Assembly: GCA_963674705.1 (NCBI GenBank)
Contig: OY771506.1
Span: 2,176,001 to 2,240,000 of the forward strand
Origin: Phycisphaeraceae bacterium
GTDB taxonomy: Bacteria; Planctomycetota; Phycisphaerae; Phycisphaerales; Phycisphaeraceae
Direction: 5' to 3'
DNA length: 64,000 nucleotides
Shown here one piece after another: positions 1 through 8,517 of the stretch. The translations under genes were made by a program, and so were the position numbers. The number at the start of each line of letters is the position of its first letter. Position 1 is the stretch's first letter. The notes under the pieces were generated by a model that saw nothing but the letters and a program-made list of their open reading frames with translations, was not told the DNA's origin and did no database searches.

Positions 1-2904
1 GTAGAGGTGCAGCAGGCCCTGGTCGCGTGCCTCCAACACGCCGTCATTGATCAAGCCGCCATCGCCCGGATCGATCACCAGGCCGGCGCCGGCGACGTCG
101 GCGCGGATCGTTCCGTGGTTGGTGATCTGTGTGCGGTTGTTCCCGATGTAACCTTGCCCATGGATGAGGTTATCGTTGTTGATCAGGTGTCCGAAAGGAT
201 CACCGTCGATATCGCGGATGTAAGCGTTGCTGTTCGCCATTTGGATCGTGCCGCCGCCGGCGAGAGTCACGGCCGTCTCGATCTGCAGGCTGGTGCCCGA
301 CAAGCTGGAATTGATCAGCAGCACGCTGGCGGGGTTGTTGGTGAATGTGCCGGTCAGTTCAAGGTTGTGAGCGTTGTTGATACGCAGCAAGCCGTCCAGC
401 GTGACGTTGGTGAGGGTGCCGCCATTGCCGTTACCGGTTTCGATGGCCCCCGTGCCGGAGGTCTGGAGCGTGCCGTCGCTGATGACGGGGTTGCTGATGA
501 GTTGCACCAGCGAGACGTCGGCCGCATGAACTGTGCCGTTGAGATTGTTGTAAGCGCCGTCGATGAGCCGAAGGATGCCTCCCCCGACCGCTTCCATCAC
601 ACCGGTGTTGGTCAATCCCCCGGCACCGGGATCGATCGTCAGGCTTGCGCTGTCGACGTCGGCGCGGATCGTCCCGTTGTTGGTGATCTGCATACGGTTG
701 GCGCCGATCGCGCCTTGGCCGTGGATCAGGTTGTTCTGGTTGATCAGGTGTCCGGTGTCGGCCAGGCCGACCTCGTCGACAATTCGCGCGTTGCTGCCGG
801 ACAACTGGACCGTGCCGCCGCCGATGAGGGTGACGGGGGTTTCGATCAGCAGGTCGGTTGTCGAGAGCGAGGCGTTGACCCGTATGACGCTGGCGGGATT
901 GTTGGTGATGGTGCCAGTCAGTTCGATGTTGTCGCTGTTGTTGACGCGCAGCAGGCCATCGAGCGTGATGTCGGACAGGGTGGCGATGGTGGCGTTGCCG
1001 GATTCGATGACACCGGTGCCGACGGTCTGGAGCGTGCCGTTGCTGATGGCGGGGCCGCTGTAGAACTTCACAGCGGAGTCGGCCTGGGCGCGGATCACGC
1101 CGCCGAGGTTGTCGTAGTCACCCGTCCAAAGCCGAAGCACACCCTGGTTGCTCGCTTCCATGAGGCTGTCGTTGGTAACGCCAGCAACACCCGGATCGAT
1201 CTCGAGTATGCCGCCGGTGACGTCAGCGCGGATCGTCCCGTGGTTGGTGATCTGGGTGCGGTTGACACCGATCGAGCCCTGGCCGTGGATCAGGTTGTCA
1301 ACGTTGATCAGGTGTCCGGTATCGGCCAGGCCGGCCTCGTCGGTAATTCGCGCGTTGCCGCCGGACAACTGGACCGTGCCGCCGCCGGTGAGGGTGACGG
1401 GGGTTTCGATCAGCAGGTCCGTTGTCGAGAGAGTGGCATTGACCAGTATGACGCTGGCGGGATTGTTGATGATGGTGCCTGTCAGCTCGATGTTGTCGCT
1501 GTTGTTGATGCGCAGGTTGCCGTCAATCGTGACGTCGGTGAGGGTGGTGGTGGTGGCGTTGGCGGATTCGATGACGCCGTTGCCGACCGTCTGTAGCGTG
1601 CCGTTGCTGATGTCGGGGCCGTTGAAGAGTTGCACGGCGGAGTCGGCCTGGGCGCGGATCACGCCGCCGAGGTTGTTGTAGGCGCCCGCCTCAAGCCGGA
1701 GCACGCCCTGGTTGCTCGCCTCCATCAGGCTGTCGTTGGTGACGCCACCGGCGTTGGGATCGATTATGAGTATGCCGCCGCTGACGTCGGCGCGGATGGT
1801 GCCATGGTTGGTGATCTGCGTGCGATCAACGCCGATCTGGCCCAAGCCGTGGATCAGGTTGTCTTGATTGATCAGGTGCCCCAGCGGGTCGCCGATCCCG
1901 TCGTAGATCCCGGAATTGCCGTTCGCCAGCCTTACCGATCCGCCGCCGGTGAGCGTCACATCGGATTCGATCCGGAGGGTCGTGGCGGTCAGGCTGGCGT
2001 TGATCAGCAGTTCGCTGCCGGCTTGATTGGTGAACGTGCCTGTCAGTTCGATGTTGTCGCTGTTGTTGATGCGCAGCAGGCCGTCGAGTGTGACATCGGT
2101 CAGCGTGGTGACGTTTGCGTTGCCGGTCTCGATCACGCCCGTGCCGATGGATTCGAGTGTGCCGTTGGTGATCGTTGGGGATGAAGCCAACTGCACGGAA
2201 GAACCGTTCTGTGCGCGGATCGTTCCACCGGTATTGCTGTAGATGCCGGACAACAGCCTTAAGATGCCTCCGCTGTCGGCTTCCAGCAATCCGTCGTTGA
2301 CCATGCCGCCCACGCCGGGGTCGATATCCAGCACGGCGGCGTTGACGTCGGCGCGGATCGTTCCGTGGTTGGTGATCTGTGTCCTGTCCAGGCCGATGCC
2401 GCCCCGGCCGTGGATCAGGTTGTCGTTATTAATCAGGTGGCCGTCGTCGACACCCGTTACGTCATAGATGCGGGCATTCGCATTGACCAGCTCGATCGTC
2501 CCGCCACCGTCGAGACTCACGGCCGACTCGATTCTGATCGCGGTCGAGGTAAGCGTCGATTCGATTCTCAACAGCCCGGCATTGTCAATCTGTGTGCCCA
2601 GTTCCAGATACTGCGCGTTACTGATACGGAGTATATCTTCATCCCCGATCGTGAGTGTGTTGACGACGCGCCCCGTCGAGAGCACAACATCGAACGGGCT
2701 GAGCGGCGCGCCGTCTATCACCGCGTCATAAGTCGCGCCGCTGGGTTCGCCGTTATCCCAGTTCAACGAGTCGGTCCAGGTCGTTCCGTCACCCAGGCCG
2801 GTGAAGTTGGTTACCTGGCCATGTACGGCTGATGTCGAGACTAAAGACACAACCGCTGCACACACACCAAAACGCATTCCCACGTTATTAACGCTGAACA
2901 TCAT
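1..2904 (-). CDS. Large secreted repeat protein (beta-helix-like, ~187-aa repeats), paralog of 3284..6952; 3' end runs off the window
   Basis: Not in the ORF track; I translated it by hand. ATG at 2904 follows an AGGAGG RBS. Reads MMFSVNNVGMRFGVCAAVVSLVSTSAVHGQVTNFTGLGDGTTWTDSLNWD..., open to position 1. It has a signal-peptide-like start and five GHLINxDNLIHGxGxIGxxRTQITNHGTIRADV repeats. Confidence 0.88.
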   Translation of the reverse strand, partial: MMFSVNNVGMRFGVCAAVVSLVSTSAVHGQVTNFTGLGDGTTWTDSLNWDNGEPSGATYDAVIDGAPLSPFDVVLSTGRVVNTLTIGDEDILRISNAQYLELGTQIDNAGLLRIESTLTSTAIRIESAVSLDGGGTIELVNANARIYDVTGVDDGHLINNDNLIHGRGGIGLDRTQITNHGTIRADVNAAVLDIDPGVGGMVNDGLLEADSGGILRLLSGIYSNTGGTIRAQNGSSVQLASSPTITNGTLESIGTGVIETGNANVTTLTDVTLDGLLRINNSDNIELTGTFTNQAGSELLINASLTATTLRIESDVTLTGGGSVRLANGNSGIYDGIGDPLGHLINQDNLIHGLGQIGVDRTQITNHGTIRADVSGGILIIDPNAGGVTNDSLMEASNQGVLRLEAGAYNNLGGVIRAQADSAVQLFNGPDISNGTLQTVGNGVIESANATTTTLTDVTIDGNLRINNSDNIELTGTIINNPASVILVNATLSTTDLLIETPVTLTGGGTVQLSGGNARITDEAGLADTGHLINVDNLIHGQGSIGVNRTQITNHGTIRADVTGGILEIDPGVAGVTNDSLMEASNQGVLRLWTGDYDNLGGVIRAQADSAVKFYSGPAISNGTLQTVGTGVIESGNATIATLSDITLDGLLRVNNSDNIELTGTITNNPASVIRVNASLSTTDLLIETPVTLIGGGTVQLSGSNARIVDEVGLADTGHLINQNNLIHGQGAIGANRMQITNNGTIRADVDSASLTIDPGAGGLTNTGVMEAVGGGILRLIDGAYNNLNGTVHAADVSLVQLISNPVISDGTLQTSGTGAIETGNGNGGTLTNVTLDGLLRINNAHNLELTGTFTNNPASVLLINSSLSGTSLQIETAVTLAGGGTIQMANSNAYIRDIDGDPFGHLINNDNLIHGQGYIGNNRTQITNHGTIRADVAGAGLVIDPGDGGLINDGVLEARDQGLLHLY

Positions 2905-2959
2905 CGTCCTCCTAATTGGTAGTAGCTAGCATGAAGTGAAAAGAAACCTCCCCCAAGAT

Positions 2960-3007
2960 TAATATAAAGACATAATTGGGCTTTGCATGCTACTCGTCTT
3001 TATATTA
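2960..3007. promoter_or_regulatory. AT-rich inverted repeat upstream of the 1..2904 gene (possible operator)
   Basis: TAATATAAAGAC-N24-GTCTTTATATTA, perfect 12-bp arms, about 55-100 nt upstream of the start codon. Confidence 0.3.
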
Positions 3008-3199
3008 TGAATCAAGATAAATTGTTACCGGGGTGCCGGCGTGTAATGCCTTCGCGCAGACGGGGCGCGCCTGCTTTAGCAAGGTATTGTCAGGGTTGAC
3101 AAGCTTTCTGCTTGTTTGACGTTTACTTTTATATTTTAAATTAGTTTTAATTTAGAACCGTCAGATCGGTGGGCGTGGCAATCTGACTGCGCCCTATAC

Positions 3200-3244
3200 A
3201 AAGAAACGCAGCGCAAACGCTGTTATATCAGCATTTGCGCTGCG
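3200..3244 (-). terminator. Rho-independent terminator of the 3284..6952 gene
   Basis: On the minus strand: CGCAGCGCAAA...TTTGCGCTGCG stem followed by TTTCTTT. Confidence 0.6.
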
Positions 3245-3283
3245 ATGTTCGTCATAAGTTTGTGACTGCTATTGAAGCGTTAA

Positions 3284-6200
3284 CTAAGCCCTTCTTCTGC
3301 CCGTGACCAAGCCCGCGCCGAGCAGCGTGAGGATCAGCGTGGTCGGCTCGGGCACCGCGGCGCCTGCTGCCGGCGGGGTCGGCGCGGAGGGCAGCGGCGT
3401 CCCGCCGTTCCAGTTGCCGAGGATCAGGTCCAGGTCGTCCAGGCCGACGAAGCCATCGCCGGTCGGATCGCCGGACAGCGGATCCCCCGCGGGGACGTTC
3501 TGGTTCCAGTTGCCCAGGACGATATCCAGGTCGTCGAGGCCGACGAAGCCGTCACCGTTCAGATCGCCCGTGATCCTGAGGACGGTGAGTCGGACGAAGT
3601 TGGAGCCGTAGAAGATACCGAAGCCTTCACCGGGGCCTGCGGGGAGGTTGACGGTGTCGAACGAACCGCTGACCGAACCGCTTGCCAGAAGGATATCGAA
3701 CGTATCGCCGATCGAGGGCGAGAAGCCGCCGAGGATGGAGGCGTCGAGCGTGCCGGAGAGCACGACATCACCGAACACTGTGAGCCGGTCGTAATCCGTG
3801 CCCGCTGCAAGCCCGCCGATCTCAGCGGTCAAGGAACCGGTGGCGCCGAACGTAATCGTGCCCGCATCGATGGCTAACTCGCCGGCAGATGCGCCGGGTG
3901 AGATTTCGCCGTCATTGAGGATGTCGGCCGAGCCCGTGTTATTCATCTGGATGAAACCATTGCCCGAGATTGAACCGCCGGCGTTGTTGGTGAGTGTGCC
4001 GTCGATACGCACGGTGCTGTCTGTGGCAACTTCGATATCGCCGTCATTGGTAAAGCCATCCTGGATGTGCAGTGTGGCGGTGTCGATCGCTCTCAAGGTG
4101 CCGGTATTTGCCAGGCCGCGAGCGTCGACGTCGAGGGTGAGAGTCTGTCCCGAGACATCCGCGGCGATGGTTCCGCCGTTGGTGATCTGTGTGCGGTTGT
4201 AGCCGATGTAGCCCCGGCCATGGATCAGGTTGTCCATGTTGTTCAGATGGCCATCGATCACACCGGATTCATCGAGGATGCGTGATCCGCCGGCGATCAG
4301 TTCGATGGTGCCGCCGCCGGTCAGTGTGACTTCACTCTCGATCAGCAGGTCGGTAGTCGATACCGTGCTGCCGACGGTGATCAGGCTGGCTGCGTTGTTG
4401 GTGACGGTGCCGCGCAGTTCGATGTTGTCGGCGTTGTCAATCAGGACATGGCCGTTGATGGTCACGCCGTCAAGCACGGCGATCGTGGCGTTTGCGGTCT
4501 CAAAACGCCCGGTGCCGATGCTTTGTAGCGTACCGGCGGTGATCACGGGCCCATTGATAAACTTCACGAGCGAATCCACATCGGCGCGGATGGTGCCGCC
4601 GGTGTTGTCGTAGGTGCCGCTATTCATCAGGATGGTTGCGCCGTTGGTGGCATTGACCAGCCCCGTGTTAATCATGCCGCCGGCTCCGGGGTCGAGTTCC
4701 AGAGTCTGGTCGGTGATGTCCGCACGGATCTCACTCTGATTGGTGATCTTTGTGCGGTCATAGCCGATGTTGCCGCGTCCATGGATGAGCATGTCCGTGT
4801 TGGTCAGGTGCCCGTCAATCGAACCGGACTCATCCAGGATACGTGCGCTGGGGCCGACCATTTCGATGGTGCCGCCGCCGGTCAGTGTCACCGGTCCCTC
4901 GATCAACAGATCGGTTGCGGAGACCGTGCTGTTGATCCGAACGATGCTGGACGGATTGGTCGTGAGGGTTCCGATGAGTTCAATATTGTCTGCGTTCTCG
5001 ATCTGCACGACGCCGTCGAGTGTGACATCAGTGAGTGTCGCGATGGTTGGGTTACCGGTATGGATCAGGCCGTTGCCGATGGTTTGCAGCGTGCCGTTGG
5101 TGATGCTCGGCCCGCTGAGGAGCTCAACGGTCGAGTCGGCAGCCGCGCGGATCGTGCCGTTGGTGTTGTCGAAGTTCCCGTTGTTGAGTTGAAGGTTCGC
5201 GGTGTTGGTCGCTTCCATCAGCCCATCGTTGACAACATCGCTAAGCGGGTCGACCACAAGGGTCTGGCCGGCGATGTCAGCGCGGATCGTGCTGTGGTTG
5301 GTGATTTGTGTCCGGTTGTTTCCGATATAGCCGCGGCCGTGGATCAGGAAGTCGTTGTTGACCAGGTGACCGTCTGTGGTGAATGATTCGTCCAGGATAC
5401 GGGGCAAGGAACCGACCATTTCGATGGTGCCACCGCCGGTCAGGTTGACGAGCCCTTCGATCAACAGGTCGGTGCTGGATACGCTGCTGTTGATGCGGAT
5501 GATGCTCGAAGGTGTTGCGGTAAGTGTCCCGATCAGTTCGATATTGTCAGCGTTTTCGATCTGTACTAAACCATCGAGCGAAACATCGGTCAGCGCCGAT
5601 AATGTGGCGGTGGCGGTCTTGATGACGCCGGTCCCCACGGTTTGGAGCGAGCCGTTGGTGATCGCCGGGCCGGCATAGAGTTCGACGGTGGAGCCGTCCT
5701 GCGCCCGGATGGTGCCGTTGGTATTGTCGAAGTTGCCCGTATTTAGCCGGAGCGTCGCGGCGTTGTCGGCTTCGAGCAGGCCGTCATTCGACACGCCGTC
5801 GCCATCCGGATCAATATCCAATATGGCACCGCTGATGTCCGCCCGGATCGTGCTGTGATTGGTGATCTGGGTGCGGTTTGCGCCGATCTGTCCTCGACCG
5901 TGGATCAGCAAGTCGTTATTGATCAGGTGCCCGTCCGTGGCGCCTGATTCATCGAATATTCTCGCGGCGGAGCCGCTCATGCTGATGGTGCCGCCGCCGG
6001 TGAGATTGACGGCCGTCTCGATGACCAAATCCGTAGCCGAAACCGTACTGTCGATCAGGACTTCGCTGCCGGGGGTTGTGGTGAGTGTGCCGATCAATTC
6101 GATGTTGTCGCCGTTGTTGATACGGATGTTGCCGTCCAGCGAGACGTCGGTGAGAGTGGCGAGTGTCGCGTTGCCGGTTTCGATGATGCCGGTGCCGGTG

Positions 6201-6952
6201 GTTTCGAGCGAGCCGCCGGTGATCGCCGGGCCGGCATAGAGTTCGACGATGGCGTCATTCGCTACACGAATAACGCCACCGGTGTTGGTGTAGTTACCAC
6301 TGTCAAGTCTTAATGTGCTGTTTTGGTTGGATTCGAGCACGCCGTCATTGGTCATCCCGCCTGGGCCGGGATCGATCGTAAGCATGCCGCCGACCACGCT
6401 TGCCTGGATTGTGCCGTGGTTGGTCAGAATCGTGCGGTTAATGCCGATGAAGCCCTGGCCGAGGATCGAACTGCCGGTGTCGATGGTCAGGTGCCCGGTG
6501 TCGACGGTGCCTGACACATCGGCGATCCGAGCGTTGCCACCTTCCATCATGATGGTTCCGCCGCCGGTCAGTGTGACGGGCGTTTCGATCCGCAGGCCTG
6601 TAGGTGAGATTGTGGAAGTGAGTCGGATGGTTCCGTCGTTATTGATCTGGGTGCCGACCTCCAGTTCGTCTGCGTTGAGGATGCGTAGTATGTCTTCGTT
6701 GCCGACGGTGAGGTTGTTCACGAGGCGGTAAGCGGACAGTTCGACATCGAAGGGGCTGCCCGCGGCACCGTCTATGACCGCATCGAACGTGAGGCCGTTG
6801 GGATCGCCCGCATCCCAGTTCAAGGAATCGATCCAGCTTGTCCCGTTACCGCTGCCTGTAAAGTTACTGACTTGCGCGTTTGCCGGAACACCGATCGCGA
6901 TGGCTGTTAACAGACACAGTGACAGCTCCAAGCAATGAGCCTTTTTCGACAT
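3284..6952 (-). CDS. Secreted PEP-CTERM protein with ~187-aa repeats and a dockerin-like double Ca-binding repeat
   Basis: 1222-aa ORF with a GGAGG RBS and a signal peptide (ANA-Q). Five repeat units. C-terminus has GDLNGDGFVGLDDLDIVLGNWN twice, then VPEPTTLILTLLGAGLVTGRRRA. Confidence 0.9.
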   Translation of the reverse strand: MSKKAHCLELSLCLLTAIAIGVPANAQVSNFTGSGNGTSWIDSLNWDAGDPNGLTFDAVIDGAAGSPFDVELSAYRLVNNLTVGNEDILRILNADELEVGTQINNDGTIRLTSTISPTGLRIETPVTLTGGGTIMMEGGNARIADVSGTVDTGHLTIDTGSSILGQGFIGINRTILTNHGTIQASVVGGMLTIDPGPGGMTNDGVLESNQNSTLRLDSGNYTNTGGVIRVANDAIVELYAGPAITGGSLETTGTGIIETGNATLATLTDVSLDGNIRINNGDNIELIGTLTTTPGSEVLIDSTVSATDLVIETAVNLTGGGTISMSGSAARIFDESGATDGHLINNDLLIHGRGQIGANRTQITNHSTIRADISGAILDIDPDGDGVSNDGLLEADNAATLRLNTGNFDNTNGTIRAQDGSTVELYAGPAITNGSLQTVGTGVIKTATATLSALTDVSLDGLVQIENADNIELIGTLTATPSSIIRINSSVSSTDLLIEGLVNLTGGGTIEMVGSLPRILDESFTTDGHLVNNDFLIHGRGYIGNNRTQITNHSTIRADIAGQTLVVDPLSDVVNDGLMEATNTANLQLNNGNFDNTNGTIRAAADSTVELLSGPSITNGTLQTIGNGLIHTGNPTIATLTDVTLDGVVQIENADNIELIGTLTTNPSSIVRINSTVSATDLLIEGPVTLTGGGTIEMVGPSARILDESGSIDGHLTNTDMLIHGRGNIGYDRTKITNQSEIRADITDQTLELDPGAGGMINTGLVNATNGATILMNSGTYDNTGGTIRADVDSLVKFINGPVITAGTLQSIGTGRFETANATIAVLDGVTINGHVLIDNADNIELRGTVTNNAASLITVGSTVSTTDLLIESEVTLTGGGTIELIAGGSRILDESGVIDGHLNNMDNLIHGRGYIGYNRTQITNGGTIAADVSGQTLTLDVDARGLANTGTLRAIDTATLHIQDGFTNDGDIEVATDSTVRIDGTLTNNAGGSISGNGFIQMNNTGSADILNDGEISPGASAGELAIDAGTITFGATGSLTAEIGGLAAGTDYDRLTVFGDVVLSGTLDASILGGFSPSIGDTFDILLASGSVSGSFDTVNLPAGPGEGFGIFYGSNFVRLTVLRITGDLNGDGFVGLDDLDIVLGNWNQNVPAGDPLSGDPTGDGFVGLDDLDLILGNWNGGTPLPSAPTPPAAGAAVPEPTTLILTLLGAGLVTGRRRA

Positions 6953-7122
6953 GACCGGAATCCTCCCATAAGAAGTAACGTGAAGAATAAAAGACTTCGG
7001 AAATTAGATAGATATAACGTGCAGCACCGCCCGGGCTACATTTGTGTGGCCAGACTATATGCCTGAACACATGAATGCAAGCAAGAATTTGGTTATTTAT
7101 ATTAAGATATGATGGTGTTGGA

Positions 7123-8109
7123 TCAGCCGGGCTCGACGCTTTCGGTCGTTTGCATCGCCATTCTGACTAAACGATCGACGAGTCGGGTGAGGTTAATTTC
7201 CGCGTGATTGGCTGCCATCGGCAAGAGCGAGTGTGTCGTAAATCCGGGCATCGTATTGACTTCGATAAACCAGGGTCGGCCAAAGGTGTCGACCATAAAG
7301 TCGACACGACACAAATGGCGGACCCCTAAAGCGTTGAACGCGATTCGCGACCAGCTTCGCACCTGCTCCAGCGTTGTGTCGGGCAGATCAATATTAAAGA
7401 GATACTGGGTGTCGTCCCGCTCGTACTTGGCATCGTAATCGTAGTAGTCGCCTGCCGGGACGATCTGGATCACGGGTAGTACCTGTGGATCATCTGGTCC
7501 GTTGTCTGATGTGTTTGGGGCGATCACGCCGACCGTCAGTTCCTTGCCGGGGACGTAACGTTCAACCAAGAGCTTAGGATAGTCGCGGCTGAGCGCCTTC
7601 CGGGCCTTGTTGGCCTGTTCCTCTGTTTTGCATATCTCCAGGCCAAGCGTGGAACCTTCTTCCAGGGCTTTGATGACGACCGGGGCTTGTAACGTGCGCT
7701 GCTGGTCCGGTAGAAGCAGTTCAAACTCAGGGGTTGCAACACCGTGTTTGGCGACGGTGAGTTTAGTCAGGTGCTTGTTGATGCAGAGGCTTGCGGCGGC
7801 GGGTCCGCTACCGACGTAGCACAGATTGCGCTCGCTGAGTACGCGTTGAAGGCCGCCACCTTCGCCCCATCGACCGTGAAGCACGGGGAAGACGACGTCG
7901 CCGTCCCATGATGCGAACGTGTCCAAAGCCGAAAGATCATCCGGCATGATGTCGCGCTGCATGACTTCGTGGCCCGCATCGCGCAAAGCTTGCGCGACTT
8001 GCCCGCCGCCTACGAGACTCACCTCACGCTCACGATCCGGGCCGCCAGCCAGGACCATAATACGAAGCGGCTTGTCGGTGACGGATTGTTTAGGGTGTAC
8101 TGATGGCAT
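7123..8109 (-). CDS. ddl: D-alanine--D-alanine ligase
   Basis: Motifs LAGGPDREREVSL, VFPVLHGRWGEGG, EGST, YDYDAKY, RVDFM and EVNTMPGFT. Start placed at MPSVH (8109); the ORF is open to 8175. Confidence 0.93.
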   Translation of the reverse strand: MPSVHPKQSVTDKPLRIMVLAGGPDREREVSLVGGGQVAQALRDAGHEVMQRDIMPDDLSALDTFASWDGDVVFPVLHGRWGEGGGLQRVLSERNLCYVGSGPAAASLCINKHLTKLTVAKHGVATPEFELLLPDQQRTLQAPVVIKALEEGSTLGLEICKTEEQANKARKALSRDYPKLLVERYVPGKELTVGVIAPNTSDNGPDDPQVLPVIQIVPAGDYYDYDAKYERDDTQYLFNIDLPDTTLEQVRSWSRIAFNALGVRHLCRVDFMVDTFGRPWFIEVNTMPGFTTHSLLPMAANHAEINLTRLVDRLVRMAMQTTESVEPG

Positions 8110-8517
8110 GTTGTTTATTACATCGTCCATTATGAATGAGATCGACGAATTGAAGTTTCTGCGAACAAGGATCACTCGCCGAAAAAGCGCATATATTCGG
8201 CATTTTTATGCAAATTGCATGTTTGCTACACGTGGTTCTAACCATTGCCACTCCGTGATTGCGAAGCTACCCATATTGACAACAGGCTTCCGAAGCCCAT
8301 ACGGGTTTATACTTATATTGTAGAACTTCTGTAATAACCGATGAACGATATGTAGTGATTTTTCATGGTCAACTGTCAAAAAAGTCTTGCTTTAAGCGGG
8401 CTAACGATTTACAAGTACAAGACATTTGTCGTCCGTGACGTGACTTTTGAACCGTTTCGTCTCACGTCTCTAGTGCATCCTTACTATTCTATTTTTTTCA
8501 ACTTGGGGATTAGGAAT

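Noticed and set aside
7..2832. Long plus-strand ORFs (7..1596, 1630..2184, 2365..2832)
   Set aside because: Antisense shadows of the minus-strand repeat gene 1..2904, which has an RBS, a signal peptide and a clear paralog next door.
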